Part shown: piece after piece, positions 30,348 through 41,253 of the stretch
Layout: each line of letters starts with the position of its first letter
Numbering within the stretch: the stretch's first letter is position 1
Origin: an uncultured bacterium
GTDB taxonomy: Bacteria; Fidelibacterota; Marinisomatia; Marinisomatales; UBA1611
Direction: 5' to 3'
Assembly: GCA_943788175.1 (NCBI GenBank)
Contig: CALSPG010000001.1
Location: 160,001-224,000 of the forward strand
Length of the DNA stretch: 64,000 bases
Position numbers and translations under genes: made by a program
The notes under the pieces: model-generated
Told to the model about the DNA's origin: nothing
Seen by the model: the letters and a program-made list of their open reading frames with translations, nothing else
Databases searched by the model: none

Positions 30348-30683
30348 ATGAAAAGTGAAATTAAAAAACTTTATTACTCAATTGGTGAAGTTAGTAAAAT
30401 TGTCGGTCTTAAATCTTATGTTTTACGTTACTGGGAAACAGAGTTTAAGCAATTAACTCCACCCAAAAACAGGGCCGGAAATAGAACTTATCGTCAAAAA
30501 GATATTGATATTATTTTAGAGATTAAAAATTTGCTTCATGGTAAAAAATTTACTATTGAGGGAGCTAGAGCTGCTTTTTCATCAAAAGTAATTAAACAAG
30601 ACCAATCTGAGGTCATTAATTCTAAGGTAATAACCAGTTTAAAAAATGAACTGCATACTATATTGCAAATTATTAAAAAATAA
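30348..30683 (+). CDS. MerR-family transcriptional regulator
   Basis: YYSIGEVSKIVGLKSYVLRYWETEF..GNRTYR..FTIEGAR. Confidence 0.92.
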   Translation: MKSEIKKLYYSIGEVSKIVGLKSYVLRYWETEFKQLTPPKNRAGNRTYRQKDIDIILEIKNLLHGKKFTIEGARAAFSSKVIKQDQSEVINSKVITSLKNELHTILQIIKK

Positions 30684-30685
30684 AT

Positions 30686-30759
30686 CGGAGCGTGGCGTAG
30701 TCCGGTAGCGCACTGCAATGGGGTTGCAGGGGTCGCAGGTTCAAATCCTGTCGCTCCGA
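30686..30759 (+). tRNA. tRNA-Pro (GGG)
   Basis: CGGAGCG acceptor, CTGCA AT GGG GT TGCAG anticodon arm, GCAGGTTCAAATCCTGT T-arm. Confidence 0.95.
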
Positions 30760-30781
30760 CTAGTCAGCACGTAAAAATTTT

Positions 30782-31534
30782 ATGAATCCTACATTTCTTA
30801 TTGTTAGTTGTTTATTTATAGTGTTCCTTACTATTTCTTATTTTCTTAAAATTTTAAGAATTTCTACTCCACTATTTCTAATATATTTTGTTTTTTGCAT
30901 TAGTTATATTGTTAATCAGGGCTCAGAAAATATCGATCAACAAAACTATACTTATGATAAACAGGTCCTTAATAATGATAATCCTGAATTCTTTAAAAAA
31001 ACGAAGCAAACAAAGAAATTAAAGAACTCTAACGCTAAAACAATGCCCATTGTTTCTTTCACTCCAAAACCAATTATTATTGACTCTAATATTATTTTTA
31101 AAAAGAATATAGAAAAATCCAAAAAAAATAATAAGAGCAATAGTTTAATTAGTGTTGATGTTAGTAGTGATGATAATATTAAGAAAGTTTCTACCCTGGA
31201 TGTAAAAGAAATTATTGTTTGCAGAGGGGTTTACAAAAGAAATCCAATTAAACCAGGTTTTGAGTTTACCAATAATGTCGATTCCTTGTTTTGTTATTCA
31301 AAAATTTCAAATAGTGGTTCTAAAAAAGAAATAAAGCACAATTGGTATTTTAAGGATAAAATAGTTACCACAGTTGTTTATAATATTAAAACTTCTTATA
31401 ACTATAGGTCTTGGAGCAGAAAAACTATTCTTCCTACTCAAATTGGTAATTGGAGAGTAGAAATAGTAGACGAAAATGATGAATTACTAGCATCTACGAA
31501 CTTTTCTATCTCATTATTAAATGATGTGTATTAA
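30782..31534 (+). CDS. DUF2914-like membrane protein
   Basis: Two N-terminal TMs; C-terminal LFCYSKI..IKHNWY..YRSWSRKTI..GNWRVEIVDE. Confidence 0.75.
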   Translation: MNPTFLIVSCLFIVFLTISYFLKILRISTPLFLIYFVFCISYIVNQGSENIDQQNYTYDKQVLNNDNPEFFKKTKQTKKLKNSNAKTMPIVSFTPKPIIIDSNIIFKKNIEKSKKNNKSNSLISVDVSSDDNIKKVSTLDVKEIIVCRGVYKRNPIKPGFEFTNNVDSLFCYSKISNSGSKKEIKHNWYFKDKIVTTVVYNIKTSYNYRSWSRKTILPTQIGNWRVEIVDENDELLASTNFSISLLNDVY

Positions 31535-32456
31535 AATTGCTGTAAAATTTATTTTCTTAACTTTTTTCATTTTCATAAATGCTTGTAATCGTTCTCAGTT
31601 CCGTACTGTTATTGAAATGAATTGGGATATTAAAGATAAAAATATTGGTGATGGCATTATACTTATGGAAGGTTATAATTCAGATGTCCCACTTAGAGCT
31701 TGGGCTGTTATTATTCCAAAGTCTAATAATAAAATTAAAATCTTAGTTTCAGATGATGATGATGGCTTAGAAACTCCTCAGGAAATGGCAAAAAAAACTG
31801 GGGCTGTTGTCGTTATAAACGGAGGCTATTTCTCCAGAGGGCAGTATCCTATAAGTCACGTTGGTCTTTTAAAATCTAAAAATAAATTGATTGAACCAGC
31901 AAGTGGTTCTGTTATTAGAGACAATATTCGGTATAACATTAATAGAGGAGCTCTAGGAATCATGTATGATAATACTGTTGATATTAGTTGGGCTAGTACA
32001 TTAAATGATTCTATTTTTTTTTGGGATTATCCGATCAATAATAGACCTGGTAATCCAGCATTAGTAAATTATGATAATGCTCAGTATTGGTCAGTTGTTG
32101 AAGCTATGCACGCCGGACCTATTTTAATTAATAAAGGCTTACAAATGGTAACGACAGAAGAAGAAATTTTTTTTAATACACCTGTTGATGGCATTCAGCC
32201 AAGGTCAGCTATGGGTTTAAAAAAAAATGGAGATGTTATCTTTATGGTTGTAGATGGTCGCCAAATAGACAGTCGGGGTGTTTACTTAAAAGAACTTGCT
32301 ATGTTAATGGCTCAGTTTGATTGTGACCAAGCATTAAATCTCGATGGTGGTGGTTCAAGTGCTTTAATCATAAACGGTAAATTAATAAATAAACCAATTG
32401 GCCTGAATACTCAAAGACAAGTTATGTCTTGTGTAGGTGTAATAACGGAGGGTTGA
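31521..32456 (+). CDS. Phosphodiester glycosidase family (NAGPA/DUF2233-like) lipoprotein
   Basis: INAC lipobox-like; INGGYF, QPRSAMG, VVDGRQ, ALNLDGGGSS. Confidence 0.88.
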   Translation: MMCIKIAVKFIFLTFFIFINACNRSQFRTVIEMNWDIKDKNIGDGIILMEGYNSDVPLRAWAVIIPKSNNKIKILVSDDDDGLETPQEMAKKTGAVVVINGGYFSRGQYPISHVGLLKSKNKLIEPASGSVIRDNIRYNINRGALGIMYDNTVDISWASTLNDSIFFWDYPINNRPGNPALVNYDNAQYWSVVEAMHAGPILINKGLQMVTTEEEIFFNTPVDGIQPRSAMGLKKNGDVIFMVVDGRQIDSRGVYLKELAMLMAQFDCDQALNLDGGGSSALIINGKLINKPIGLNTQRQVMSCVGVITEG

Positions 32457-33077
32457 TTGAGCTTTATTAAAAAAATATATGATTGGGTGCTGAATCTTTC
32501 TACTAAGCCAAATAGCAATTATTCTATTTCAATTCTTTCATTTTCTGAGGCTTTTTTCTTTCCAATACCTCCGGATGTTTTATTAATCCCGTTGTGTCTT
32601 GGAAATAGAAAAAAAGCATGGAATTTTGCGATTTTATGTAGCATATTTTCGATTTTAGGAGGTATAGTAGGTTACTATGTTGGTAAAATACTATGGTGGA
32701 ACGTTCCAGGTCTCGACTATTCTTATTTAGCTAATCTTTTTATGGAATATATACCAGGCGTAAATGAGGGGGGTTTTAACAATATAAAGAAGTTGTATGA
32801 TGAATGGGATTTTTGGATCGTTTTTACAGCTGGATTTACTCCTATACCTTTCAAGTTAATTACTATTTCTGCTGGTACCTTCAATATTAATTTGGGTATG
32901 TTCGTCTTTGCCTCAATTATTAGTCGAAGTGCTAGGTTCTTTTTGTTGGCATTTTTAATAAAAGTTTATGGTGAAAGTATTAGATCGTTCATTGAAAAAT
33001 ATTTTAATATTCTTGCAATGCTTTTTACTTTTCTCTTGATTGGTGGTTTTATTTTAATAAAAATTATATTGTCATAA
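32457..33077 (+). CDS. YqaA/DedA family membrane protein
   Basis: SFSEAFFFPIPPDVLLIPL, AGFTPIPFKLITI, SRSARF. Confidence 0.88.
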   Translation: MSFIKKIYDWVLNLSTKPNSNYSISILSFSEAFFFPIPPDVLLIPLCLGNRKKAWNFAILCSIFSILGGIVGYYVGKILWWNVPGLDYSYLANLFMEYIPGVNEGGFNNIKKLYDEWDFWIVFTAGFTPIPFKLITISAGTFNINLGMFVFASIISRSARFFLLAFLIKVYGESIRSFIEKYFNILAMLFTFLLIGGFILIKIILS

Positions 33078-33110
33078 TTCTAAAAGAAATTTATAAAAAT
33101 ACTTTAAAAA

Positions 33111-33548
33111 TTGAACAAAAAAGTAAAATTAAATATTATTGATATAGGTTGGAGAGAGTGGATAGAACTTGTCGATTTTGATAACTTTTATCTTAAGGCC
33201 AAAATTGATACAGGTGCCACGGTTTCAGCTCTCCACGCTACTCATATTAAAGAGTTTGTTTTTAAACAAAAACCTTATGTGGAGTTTCGCATGCATCAAT
33301 CAAAATCTTATAAAAAAATTAAAAAGCCTGTGGTTGGTTATAAAACTATCAAAAACTCATTCGGGACAAAACAATCGAGACCATTGATAGATATTTCTAT
33401 AAAAATAGGAGATGATATTATTAATACAATAATCACGTTAGCTAGAAGATCAAGTATGGCATATCCAGTACTTATAGGTCGTTCTGCATTAGCAAAAAAT
33501 TATAGAATTAATCCTAAAAAATCGTTCCTAACTGGAAAGTTAATTTAA
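33111..33548 (+). CDS. RimK-associated retropepsin-like protease (RimB-like)
   Basis: IGWREWI, AKIDTGATVSALHA, YPVLIGR; directly upstream of rimK. Confidence 0.85.
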   Translation: MNKKVKLNIIDIGWREWIELVDFDNFYLKAKIDTGATVSALHATHIKEFVFKQKPYVEFRMHQSKSYKKIKKPVVGYKTIKNSFGTKQSRPLIDISIKIGDDIINTIITLARRSSMAYPVLIGRSALAKNYRINPKKSFLTGKLI

Positions 33549-33556
33549 ACTATTAT

Positions 33557-34435
33557 ATGAAGATTGCATTATTGTCAAGAAATAGAAACCTATTCTCAAC
33601 AAATAGGCTTTATAATGCTAGTACAAAAAGAGGGCATAGTGTTGATATTATTGATTATGTTAGATGTTATATCAATATTGGTGAGAATCAAACATCAATC
33701 TATTATAATGGTCAAAAATTGAGTACGTATGATGCTGTAATACCTCGCATAGGAGCTTCTCAAACGTCATATGGAACGGCAATTGTAAGACAGTTCGAAA
33801 TGCTAGGTAACTATTGTGTAAATAAATCTGATGCTATAATAGCTTCTAGGGATAAGCTTCGTTCATTTCAAATATTAGCTAAATATGGTATCGATATGCC
33901 TATAACTGGATATGCTAGTCATACAATGGACATACACGATGTGATTGAAAAAGTAGGCAGGACTCCATTAATTATGAAATTGTTACAAGGCACACAAGGT
34001 AATGGTATGGTCCTTGCTGAAACGATGAAAGCAGCTGAATCGGTTATGAATGCATTTAAACAGGTCGATGCAGATATATTGGTCCAAGAGTTTATTAAAG
34101 AATCTAGTGGTGTTGATATTAGAGTGATTGTAGTTGGAAACAGGGTGGTTTCAGCGATGCAAAGGGTTGCTCCAGAGGGGGAATTTCGTTCAAATGTTCA
34201 TAGAGGAGCTGCAACGAAACATATTGACCTTACATTAGAAGAAGAAGCAATAGCCATAAAATCAACAAAATTATTAGGTTTAAGTATTGCTGGTGTTGAT
34301 ATGATGAGGTCGAAACGTGGTCCATTAGTCTTAGAGGTTAATTCATCTCCAGGACTTCAGGGTATAGAACTACTTACTGGCGCTGATGTAGCAGGAGAGA
34401 TTATTAATTTTATTGAAAAAGACTGTAATCGTTAA
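33557..34435 (+). CDS. rimK: Ribosomal protein S6--L-glutamate ligase (ATP-grasp)
   Basis: VIPRIGAS, SRDKLRS, QGTQG, QEFIKE, FRSNVHRG, LEVNSSPGLQGIE. Confidence 0.95.
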   Translation: MKIALLSRNRNLFSTNRLYNASTKRGHSVDIIDYVRCYINIGENQTSIYYNGQKLSTYDAVIPRIGASQTSYGTAIVRQFEMLGNYCVNKSDAIIASRDKLRSFQILAKYGIDMPITGYASHTMDIHDVIEKVGRTPLIMKLLQGTQGNGMVLAETMKAAESVMNAFKQVDADILVQEFIKESSGVDIRVIVVGNRVVSAMQRVAPEGEFRSNVHRGAATKHIDLTLEEEAIAIKSTKLLGLSIAGVDMMRSKRGPLVLEVNSSPGLQGIELLTGADVAGEIINFIEKDCNR

Positions 34436-34446
34436 AAGGTGATGTT

Positions 34447-35577
34447 ATAACTAAAAGAAAATTTGCATTTGTAGTACACCCTTTATCCTCAGAGTATATT
34501 AGAAACGTTGTTCATTTACCTAATCTATTTGCAAAAAGATGGGTTATGCGATTCTTAGAAAAAACAATGGCCTATTCTCCGCCTTTAATTTATTCAAAAA
34601 TTGAAGGTATTCAATCAATTGTTGGCACTGAGGCAGAAGGTTGGTTGATATCAGTTGGTGGTACGCCCAGAGAAATGATGTCAAGAGACCCGTCTTTCAC
34701 ATATAAAAAATTAATAAAAGCTGCTCATTTGGCAAAAAAATTAGGTGCTGAAATAATGGGTCTTGGCGCATTCACAAAAGTTGTTGGCGATGCAGGTATA
34801 ACGGTAGCTAAAAATTCACCTATTCCAATAACTACGGGTAATAGTTATAGTGCATCAGCCGCCTTATGGGCAGCAGCAGATGCTTTAAAAAAACTTGATT
34901 TAATTGAACCTTCAGTAAATAACGAAAAATTAAAATCGAAAAGTATGATTATTGGAGCAACAGGTGCTATTGGTTCAGTTTCTTCAAAATTACTGTCTAT
35001 GATATTTGAAGAAATTATTCTTTGTGGAAGGAATAAGGATAAACTTGAAATTTTAAAAAAAGATATCCTGAATATTTCTCCTAATACAAAAATTATGATA
35101 ACTACAAATGCTGATGAATATGTTTCCATTGCTGATATGATCGTTACAGCTACATCTGGAGCTGGTAAGAAAATTTTTGATATAATGAAAGTCAAACCAG
35201 GGTGTGTTATAACTGATGTCGCAAGACCTTTAGATTTAAAACCTGAAGATGTTAATAAAAGACCTGATGTTATGTATATTGAATCTGGAGAAATAGAAAT
35301 ACCTGTTAAAAATAAATTAAAGATGAGAAATATTCATTTACCACAAAATGTCGTCTTTGCATGTATGGCTGAAACAATTGTTCTTGCTCTCGAGGGTCGC
35401 TTTGAAAAATTTACAATCGGACGTGACATAGAATGGAAAAAAGTAAAAGAAATTTATAAGCTTGGACTTAAACATGGGATGAAACTAGCTGCAATTTCAG
35501 GTGTTAATGGTGTATATACGGAGAAAGATATTGAAAAAATTAGAACTTTAGCTCTAGCTGCAATAGAAGCAAGATAA
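34447..35577 (+). CDS. COG5322-type NAD(P)-dependent oxidoreductase (acyl-ACP-reductase/shikimate-dehydrogenase-like)
   Basis: GLGAFTKVVGD, ITTGNSYSA, IGATGAIG, DVARP, ACMAETIVLALEG. Frame extends upstream of track start 34546 to KFAFVVHP, so a start near ATA 34447 is proposed. Confidence 0.75.
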   Translation: MTKRKFAFVVHPLSSEYIRNVVHLPNLFAKRWVMRFLEKTMAYSPPLIYSKIEGIQSIVGTEAEGWLISVGGTPREMMSRDPSFTYKKLIKAAHLAKKLGAEIMGLGAFTKVVGDAGITVAKNSPIPITTGNSYSASAALWAAADALKKLDLIEPSVNNEKLKSKSMIIGATGAIGSVSSKLLSMIFEEIILCGRNKDKLEILKKDILNISPNTKIMITTNADEYVSIADMIVTATSGAGKKIFDIMKVKPGCVITDVARPLDLKPEDVNKRPDVMYIESGEIEIPVKNKLKMRNIHLPQNVVFACMAETIVLALEGRFEKFTIGRDIEWKKVKEIYKLGLKHGMKLAAISGVNGVYTEKDIEKIRTLALAAIEAR

Positions 35578-35579
35578 AA

Positions 35580-36002
35580 TTGAACTTGAGACCACGATTT
35601 CATTTAGCTTTCCCTGTCAAAGACCTCGATTCTACAAGGTCTTTTTATGTTGGTTTACTTGAATGTAATACTGGTAGAGAATCAGAGAGTTGGATTGATT
35701 TTGATTTATATGGACATCAAATAGTTGCTCATCTTTCACCAAATGATTGTCAAGAACTAGACACAAATATTGTAGATGAAGATAATATTCCTTCTAGACA
35801 TTTTGGTGTAATTTTAGATTGGAATCAATGGGAAGAGTTGCATAATAAATTAGAAAATTTGAAGTTTGAGTTTTTATTAAAGCCAAAAATAAGATTTAAG
35901 AATGAAGCTGGCGAGCAGGGAACTTTTTTTATAAGTGATCCTAGTGGTAACGCTTTAGAGTTTAAATCATTTAAAAATGAATCAATGATTTTCAAAAAAT
36001 GA
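35580..36002 (+). CDS. VOC/glyoxalase-family protein
   Basis: FHLAFPV..WIDFDLYGHQIVAH..RHFG..DPSGNALEFK. Confidence 0.88.
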   Translation: MNLRPRFHLAFPVKDLDSTRSFYVGLLECNTGRESESWIDFDLYGHQIVAHLSPNDCQELDTNIVDEDNIPSRHFGVILDWNQWEELHNKLENLKFEFLLKPKIRFKNEAGEQGTFFISDPSGNALEFKSFKNESMIFKK

Positions 36003-38125
36003 TAAGAATCGCTCACCTTTATTGTAAATATAGTTTAATGTTTTTTATTTTTGTTTTATCCTGTTCAAGTCCTGAGCAGAAAAATCTAATAATACCAAAT
36101 TTATTTTCTGACGGAGTTATTATCCAAAGAGATACTTTAGTAAATATTTGGGGTCAATATTTACCTAATCAAAAAATTGACATTTCCTGTTCTTGGGGTT
36201 TTGATACATTAACTTTCTCAGATTCTTCAGGCTATTGGATTACAAAGATCAAGACTATAAATAATTCCGATGAGCAATCAATTACAGTTTTTAGTAGCGA
36301 AGAGTCCATTAAAGTTAGAAATGTTTTAATGGGAGAGGTATGGTTAGCAGCTGGTCAGTCAAATATGGAAATGACGTTTGATTATTGTTGCAATTCAACT
36401 GATAGCTCATCTTTTGAAATAGAGACAGCTAATTACTCAAATATAAGGATGTATAACGTAAAAAAAGCTTTAAGTGATAAACCTTTAAATGATACTGAAG
36501 GTAAATGGATAAGTGCCGTAGGCAAAGACATAACCAATTTTAGTGCGGTAGGTTATTTTTTTGCTAAAAAATTACACATAGAACTTGATGTGCCGATTGG
36601 CATAATACATTCAAGCTGGGGAGGTAGTAATATTCAGTCTTGGTCTAGTCTCAATGTTCTAGAACAGATAGAAGGTTTTTCAGACAAGCTTAAAAAGCTT
36701 AAAAAAGATTCTCTTAAATATAAAAAAACAAAAAATTGGTATTCTCAATTTGAAAACATACCATCTGGGTCACATTCATGGGACTTGTTTTTATCAGAGG
36801 TTTTTCCTGAAAATGATTATTTAGACTTTTTATTACCTGGTTGGAAAAGCTTAGATTATTTAGGGAAAAATGATATTAAAAACTTTTCAAATGATTCCTA
36901 TCATTGGGAATCTTTAACTGAAGAGAGCTTTATTAAAGCTGTATTCAATAATTTAAACTTCTCAGGAGCTGTTCTTTTTAAAAATGAATTTGAATTAGAT
37001 TCTTTACATTCAAATTCATATGATTTGATAATACGACCTGATAAAGATAGGCCATCTGGTTTATGGGAGTACGATTTATATATAAATGGTTCGAAAGTTG
37101 GTTCATCTTTAATCGATTTAAAAGACGCCGATTATGTTTCCAATAAACAAGATCAAAAATACAATATTGATTCCAAATTATTAAAGATTGGAAAAAATGT
37201 TATTATGGTTAGAGTGCTTGGCGTTTCTAGCCTTGGAGAAATTAAAATAAAATCATCTCATGCAAATATATCTTTTATAAAGAAATGGAAAGCCAAAATA
37301 TTAGCTGAAGAGGCATTTCAAGTTGATAATTTTGAATACCCTTATACATCCTTTTATAACTATAAAGATCAAAATATAAATTTTTCAGATATTCCTGAAA
37401 AATTTTTCTTGAAACATAATACGTTAACCAGTTTATATAATGGTATGATGAACCCTTTATTAAATTATACAATTAAAGGTTTAATTTGGTACCAAGGAGA
37501 AAGTAATGTAGGAGGATCCGGTGAGATCCAATACCAGAAAATTTTCCCTTTAATGGTTAAAGACTTTAGAAAATCATTCGGTGAAAATATGCCTTTTTAT
37601 TTTGCTCAAATTGCTTCTTATGTTGGTTATGGTGGATTGCTACCTCATTTCCGTCATGTTCAAAACAGCCATTTACATATAAAAAATACTGGCATGGTCG
37701 TTACCTTAGATGTAGGAGAAAATCATGATATACACCCTTCAAATAAGCATGACGTTGGTAATCGATTTGCCTTATTAGCCTTAAATAGGACATATAATAA
37801 AGATTTTATCGACTCTGGCCCAGAATTAGATAACATTGAGCAAGAAGGAAGATACCTTAATGTTTATTTTAAAAATTGTGACTCTGGTTTAATGCAGATA
37901 AATAATAAAAATACATGGTTTGAGATAGCAGGAAGTAATAAAATTTATTTTGATGCAGAGGTAGATGTATATAATAAGCTAATACAATTATCTTCAAAAG
38001 AAGTAACTAATCCAAAGTATGTTAGATACGCTTGGAGCGATACCGCTAGTGCGACCTTATTTAATAATGAAGGCCTACCAGGCCCACCATTTTCTTCAGA
38101 ACATTTGCAATTACACCATAAGTAA
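35999..38125 (+). CDS. Sialate O-acetylesterase family (SASA) lipoprotein with inserted beta-sandwich
   Basis: VLSC lipobox; GEVWLAAGQSNM, FSAVGYFFA, WGGS, IWYQGESN, DIHPSNK, VRYAW. Confidence 0.88.
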   Translation: MIRIAHLYCKYSLMFFIFVLSCSSPEQKNLIIPNLFSDGVIIQRDTLVNIWGQYLPNQKIDISCSWGFDTLTFSDSSGYWITKIKTINNSDEQSITVFSSEESIKVRNVLMGEVWLAAGQSNMEMTFDYCCNSTDSSSFEIETANYSNIRMYNVKKALSDKPLNDTEGKWISAVGKDITNFSAVGYFFAKKLHIELDVPIGIIHSSWGGSNIQSWSSLNVLEQIEGFSDKLKKLKKDSLKYKKTKNWYSQFENIPSGSHSWDLFLSEVFPENDYLDFLLPGWKSLDYLGKNDIKNFSNDSYHWESLTEESFIKAVFNNLNFSGAVLFKNEFELDSLHSNSYDLIIRPDKDRPSGLWEYDLYINGSKVGSSLIDLKDADYVSNKQDQKYNIDSKLLKIGKNVIMVRVLGVSSLGEIKIKSSHANISFIKKWKAKILAEEAFQVDNFEYPYTSFYNYKDQNINFSDIPEKFFLKHNTLTSLYNGMMNPLLNYTIKGLIWYQGESNVGGSGEIQYQKIFPLMVKDFRKSFGENMPFYFAQIASYVGYGGLLPHFRHVQNSHLHIKNTGMVVTLDVGENHDIHPSNKHDVGNRFALLALNRTYNKDFIDSGPELDNIEQEGRYLNVYFKNCDSGLMQINNKNTWFEIAGSNKIYFDAEVDVYNKLIQLSSKEVTNPKYVRYAWSDTASATLFNNEGLPGPPFSSEHLQLHHK

Positions 38126-41100
38126 TTAGATCTTTATTTTAAATGTTTTTATTTCAAATGGTTTTAGCTTAAGACGATAATTGTCCTTAACTCTCTTAGC
38201 TTTACTAATGTTTTTTTGTTCAAGAAGGTTTGTTTCTGTTATTTCTCCATCTAAATAAATATTACCTTTTGAATTCCTACCAAGTGTTTCAACAGTTCTA
38301 ATAATAATTTCATTTTCATATTCACTTTTTTTAAAAGCGGCAATCTCTATTCCTTTGCCTTCATAGGTTATAGAGCTTGATGTCGATAAGTTCTTGTAGC
38401 CTTCAAAAATAAGTGGAGGATGATTTAATAAAGTAGATTCTTCAATTACATTTGACCTAATTAAATCTTTATTATGTGGATAAAAACTATAAACAAATTC
38501 ATGATATCCGATATCTGCATCTGCATCTGGATTATTAGGAGATCGTAGCAAATTAAGGTCTATTGTGTTATCAAAAATGGAGTAACCATATTTACAATCG
38601 TTCATTAACGCTACACCGTAGTCATTGTTAGATAAATCAGCATACTTATGTCCAACCACTTCAAATTTTGCTCTGTCCCAGCTCGTGTTCTTATGAGTAT
38701 TTCTTTTCACATGACCATATTGAATATCAAAAGTAGCTTGTTCAGTAGTAATGGTGGTAGGGAAGTGAACCCTAAGCATTTTGTGTTTTTCTTTCCAATC
38801 AACTGATGTATTAAAATCTAAACGTTTAGAATGGTTTGATAGAGAAATATGCTGTTTAATTGTAGAGTTCCCAATAGTATATGATATAGTTAAAGAACTA
38901 TTTACAACACCTACTTTAACCTTTTCAATTTTTGTTACTGTTGAGGTTTCTAGTAAAGAATCTTTATAATAGAAGTCAATATCCCAGGCATCCCAATTAA
39001 GAGGTCTATCTTCATAAAGAGACAGTATATTACCATTAGATCTAAGAAGGTTTAATTTTAGCGTTTTATCATAAGCGGACTTCATCGTACCATCTTTATG
39101 AAATTCATATTTAACATAATTATTTTCAAGAATTAGATTAGAATCATTAACTGTTTTATTTTTTTCTTTTTTACCTTTAGAAAAAGTTTTGAATGAAAAT
39201 GGTTCTAATTCTACAAAACATACTAAATCGTTATTTACTTGTTGAGTAGCTAGGCTAATCTTATCATCTGATATAATTTGATAGCCTTTATATTTATAAG
39301 GAATTTTTACTACCCCTTTGAAATGGTAAGAAAGTGAGTTTACTAAAGTAAATGAATTTTTATCTTTTTTAAATAAAATAGAGGCTGATTTATTTAAAAG
39401 CATATCACATGTTTTATGAATATCTTCATATTCTTTATGTGTGTTTTTATAAACTAAATTTATACTTGACCCTGGAATGATATCATGAAACTGATTAATC
39501 ATTAATTTTTTCCATGCTTCATCAAGATCGCTATGAGGGTAACTCTTCAGGTCGCAATTAGACCATAAAAACTCTACAGCTTTGAGTTTGTTTTCTAATT
39601 TTCTATTTTGTTTTTTTACTAGACCATGAGTAGTTAAGGTACCTCTATGTAATTCAAGATAAAGTTCTCCGACCCATGTTTCTAATTGGTTTTTCTTTCT
39701 ATTTAATCTTTTAAAAAAGTTTTTTGCATGATCAAATGAAACTTTTGGTGCACCTTCAAGATTTTTTAATCTTTTTCCTAATTCAATATTCTCTGGTTTA
39801 GGACCACCACCACCATTACCAACCCCAAAAAGAGACATAAACTCATTTAATTTATCTTTTTCTTTAAATGTTTTTTGAGCAGGCATTAAAAACTTTGTAT
39901 CTAATTCACTATTATATGAGTTCTCAGGAGGGAAGTGTGTTAAAATTTCTGTACCATCAATTCCACGCCAGTTAAACGTCTGAAATGGAAAGTCATTAAA
40001 TTGATTCCATGAGATTTTTTGGGTTAAAAAATAATCTACCTCAGCTTGTTTCAAAATTTGAGGAAGAGCTGCAGAGTAACCGAAAACATCTGGAAGCCAT
40101 AAATTATCTACATCCACGCCAAATTCTTTTTTAAAGAAAATCTTTCCATAAAGTAATTGACGTACCATAGATTCTCCGCTAATAAGATTGCAATCTGCTT
40201 CTACCCACATACCTCCTTGAAGTTCCCATTGACCTTTTTTCACAGCAGCTTTAATTCTTTTAAAAATAGAAGGGTAAAAGTCCTTCATGAACTGATAGTG
40301 TTGCGGCATAGAAGCTCCAAATACATAATCTGGGTACCTATCTATTAAATCTAATTGAGTTGTAAAAGTTCGTGCACATTTTCTAATCGTCTCTTTTACA
40401 GGCCAGAGCCAACCTGTATCTATATGCGCATGTCCAACAGCAGTCACTTTTAATTCTGAGGATGAGGCGCGTTTATTTAGTTCAGCTGATAATATATTTC
40501 TTGACGCATTAGCATCTTTCTGATCAGCTTTAAAAGCTATTAGAGCTTGGTTGAGTGAATTGATTACCCTTAATCGCTGTGTAGAGTCTTTTTCTAGCTT
40601 TTCTATTAATCCAAGTAGAATTCTTACATCAAGGTGTAGATGCCATATATCTTCTCGAAATATTCCTATATCTATGGTTTCTACTTTAGCATCAAATGTT
40701 CCATGCCTTTTTGGATTGTCTTGCTCTGGATCTACATCAACAAAAATTCCAAATAAAGAATTTGCTGCAGTCTCAACCCAAATTTCAACTTCATTATTTT
40801 TTATACATGTTTTAGGTATCAGTACTCTAGTTCTAACAAAATTTTGATCCCAAATAGAAGCGTTTGTAATACCTTGAACTTCTTTTCCTTTAGGGTCATA
40901 AACTAACCCTTCTCCAGAAAAGTCTAAATCAGCTATGACCTTTTTTCCACGCCATTCTTTTTTAATACGTCCATTGAGGCAAAACCATGCACTATCCCAT
41001 TCTTTACCCCAACTTTTACCTTTCGTAATTGGTTTGTACTTTAATTTGTTTTTTTCGGAAAAAGGAACAGCGTTTTTTGACCATGCATATTTTGATGTTA

Positions 41101-41192
41101 GATGAAGTTCTATCTTCAATGAAATAATCTTTTAGTCTATTATTCCATTGTTCAATTCTTGATACAATTATAGCAGTTTCTTTTTTATTCAA
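38126..41192 (-). CDS. Alpha-mannosidase, GH38 (apparent +1 frameshift near 41105-41115)
   Basis: GHAHIDTGWLW, WLPDVFGYS, GELYLELHRGT, NQFHDIIPGSSI. TTG 41192 with AAGGGA RBS gives MNKKETAIIVSRIEQW, one base out of frame with track ORF 38126-41119. Confidence 0.92.
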
Positions 41193-41253
41193 AATTGATT
41201 ATTCCCTTAAACTTGATTATTTATTTAAATATTAATAATTAATCACAATAAAA

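Noticed and set aside
30686-30781. tRNA-Pro (or tRNA-Leu/Arg) as an integration site for an island containing the glycan locus
   Set aside because: No integrase, no duplicated tRNA 3' end spotted, and no obvious compositional break.
31521-32456. NAGPA-like phosphodiester glycosidase as part of the N-glycan locus
   Set aside because: Separated from the locus by dedA, rimB/rimK and other genes, and the family is widespread; no evidence for co-regulation.
33111-34435. Protease-rimK pair as a novel system
   Set aside because: This arrangement is already well known (rimB-rimK type polyglutamylation cassette).
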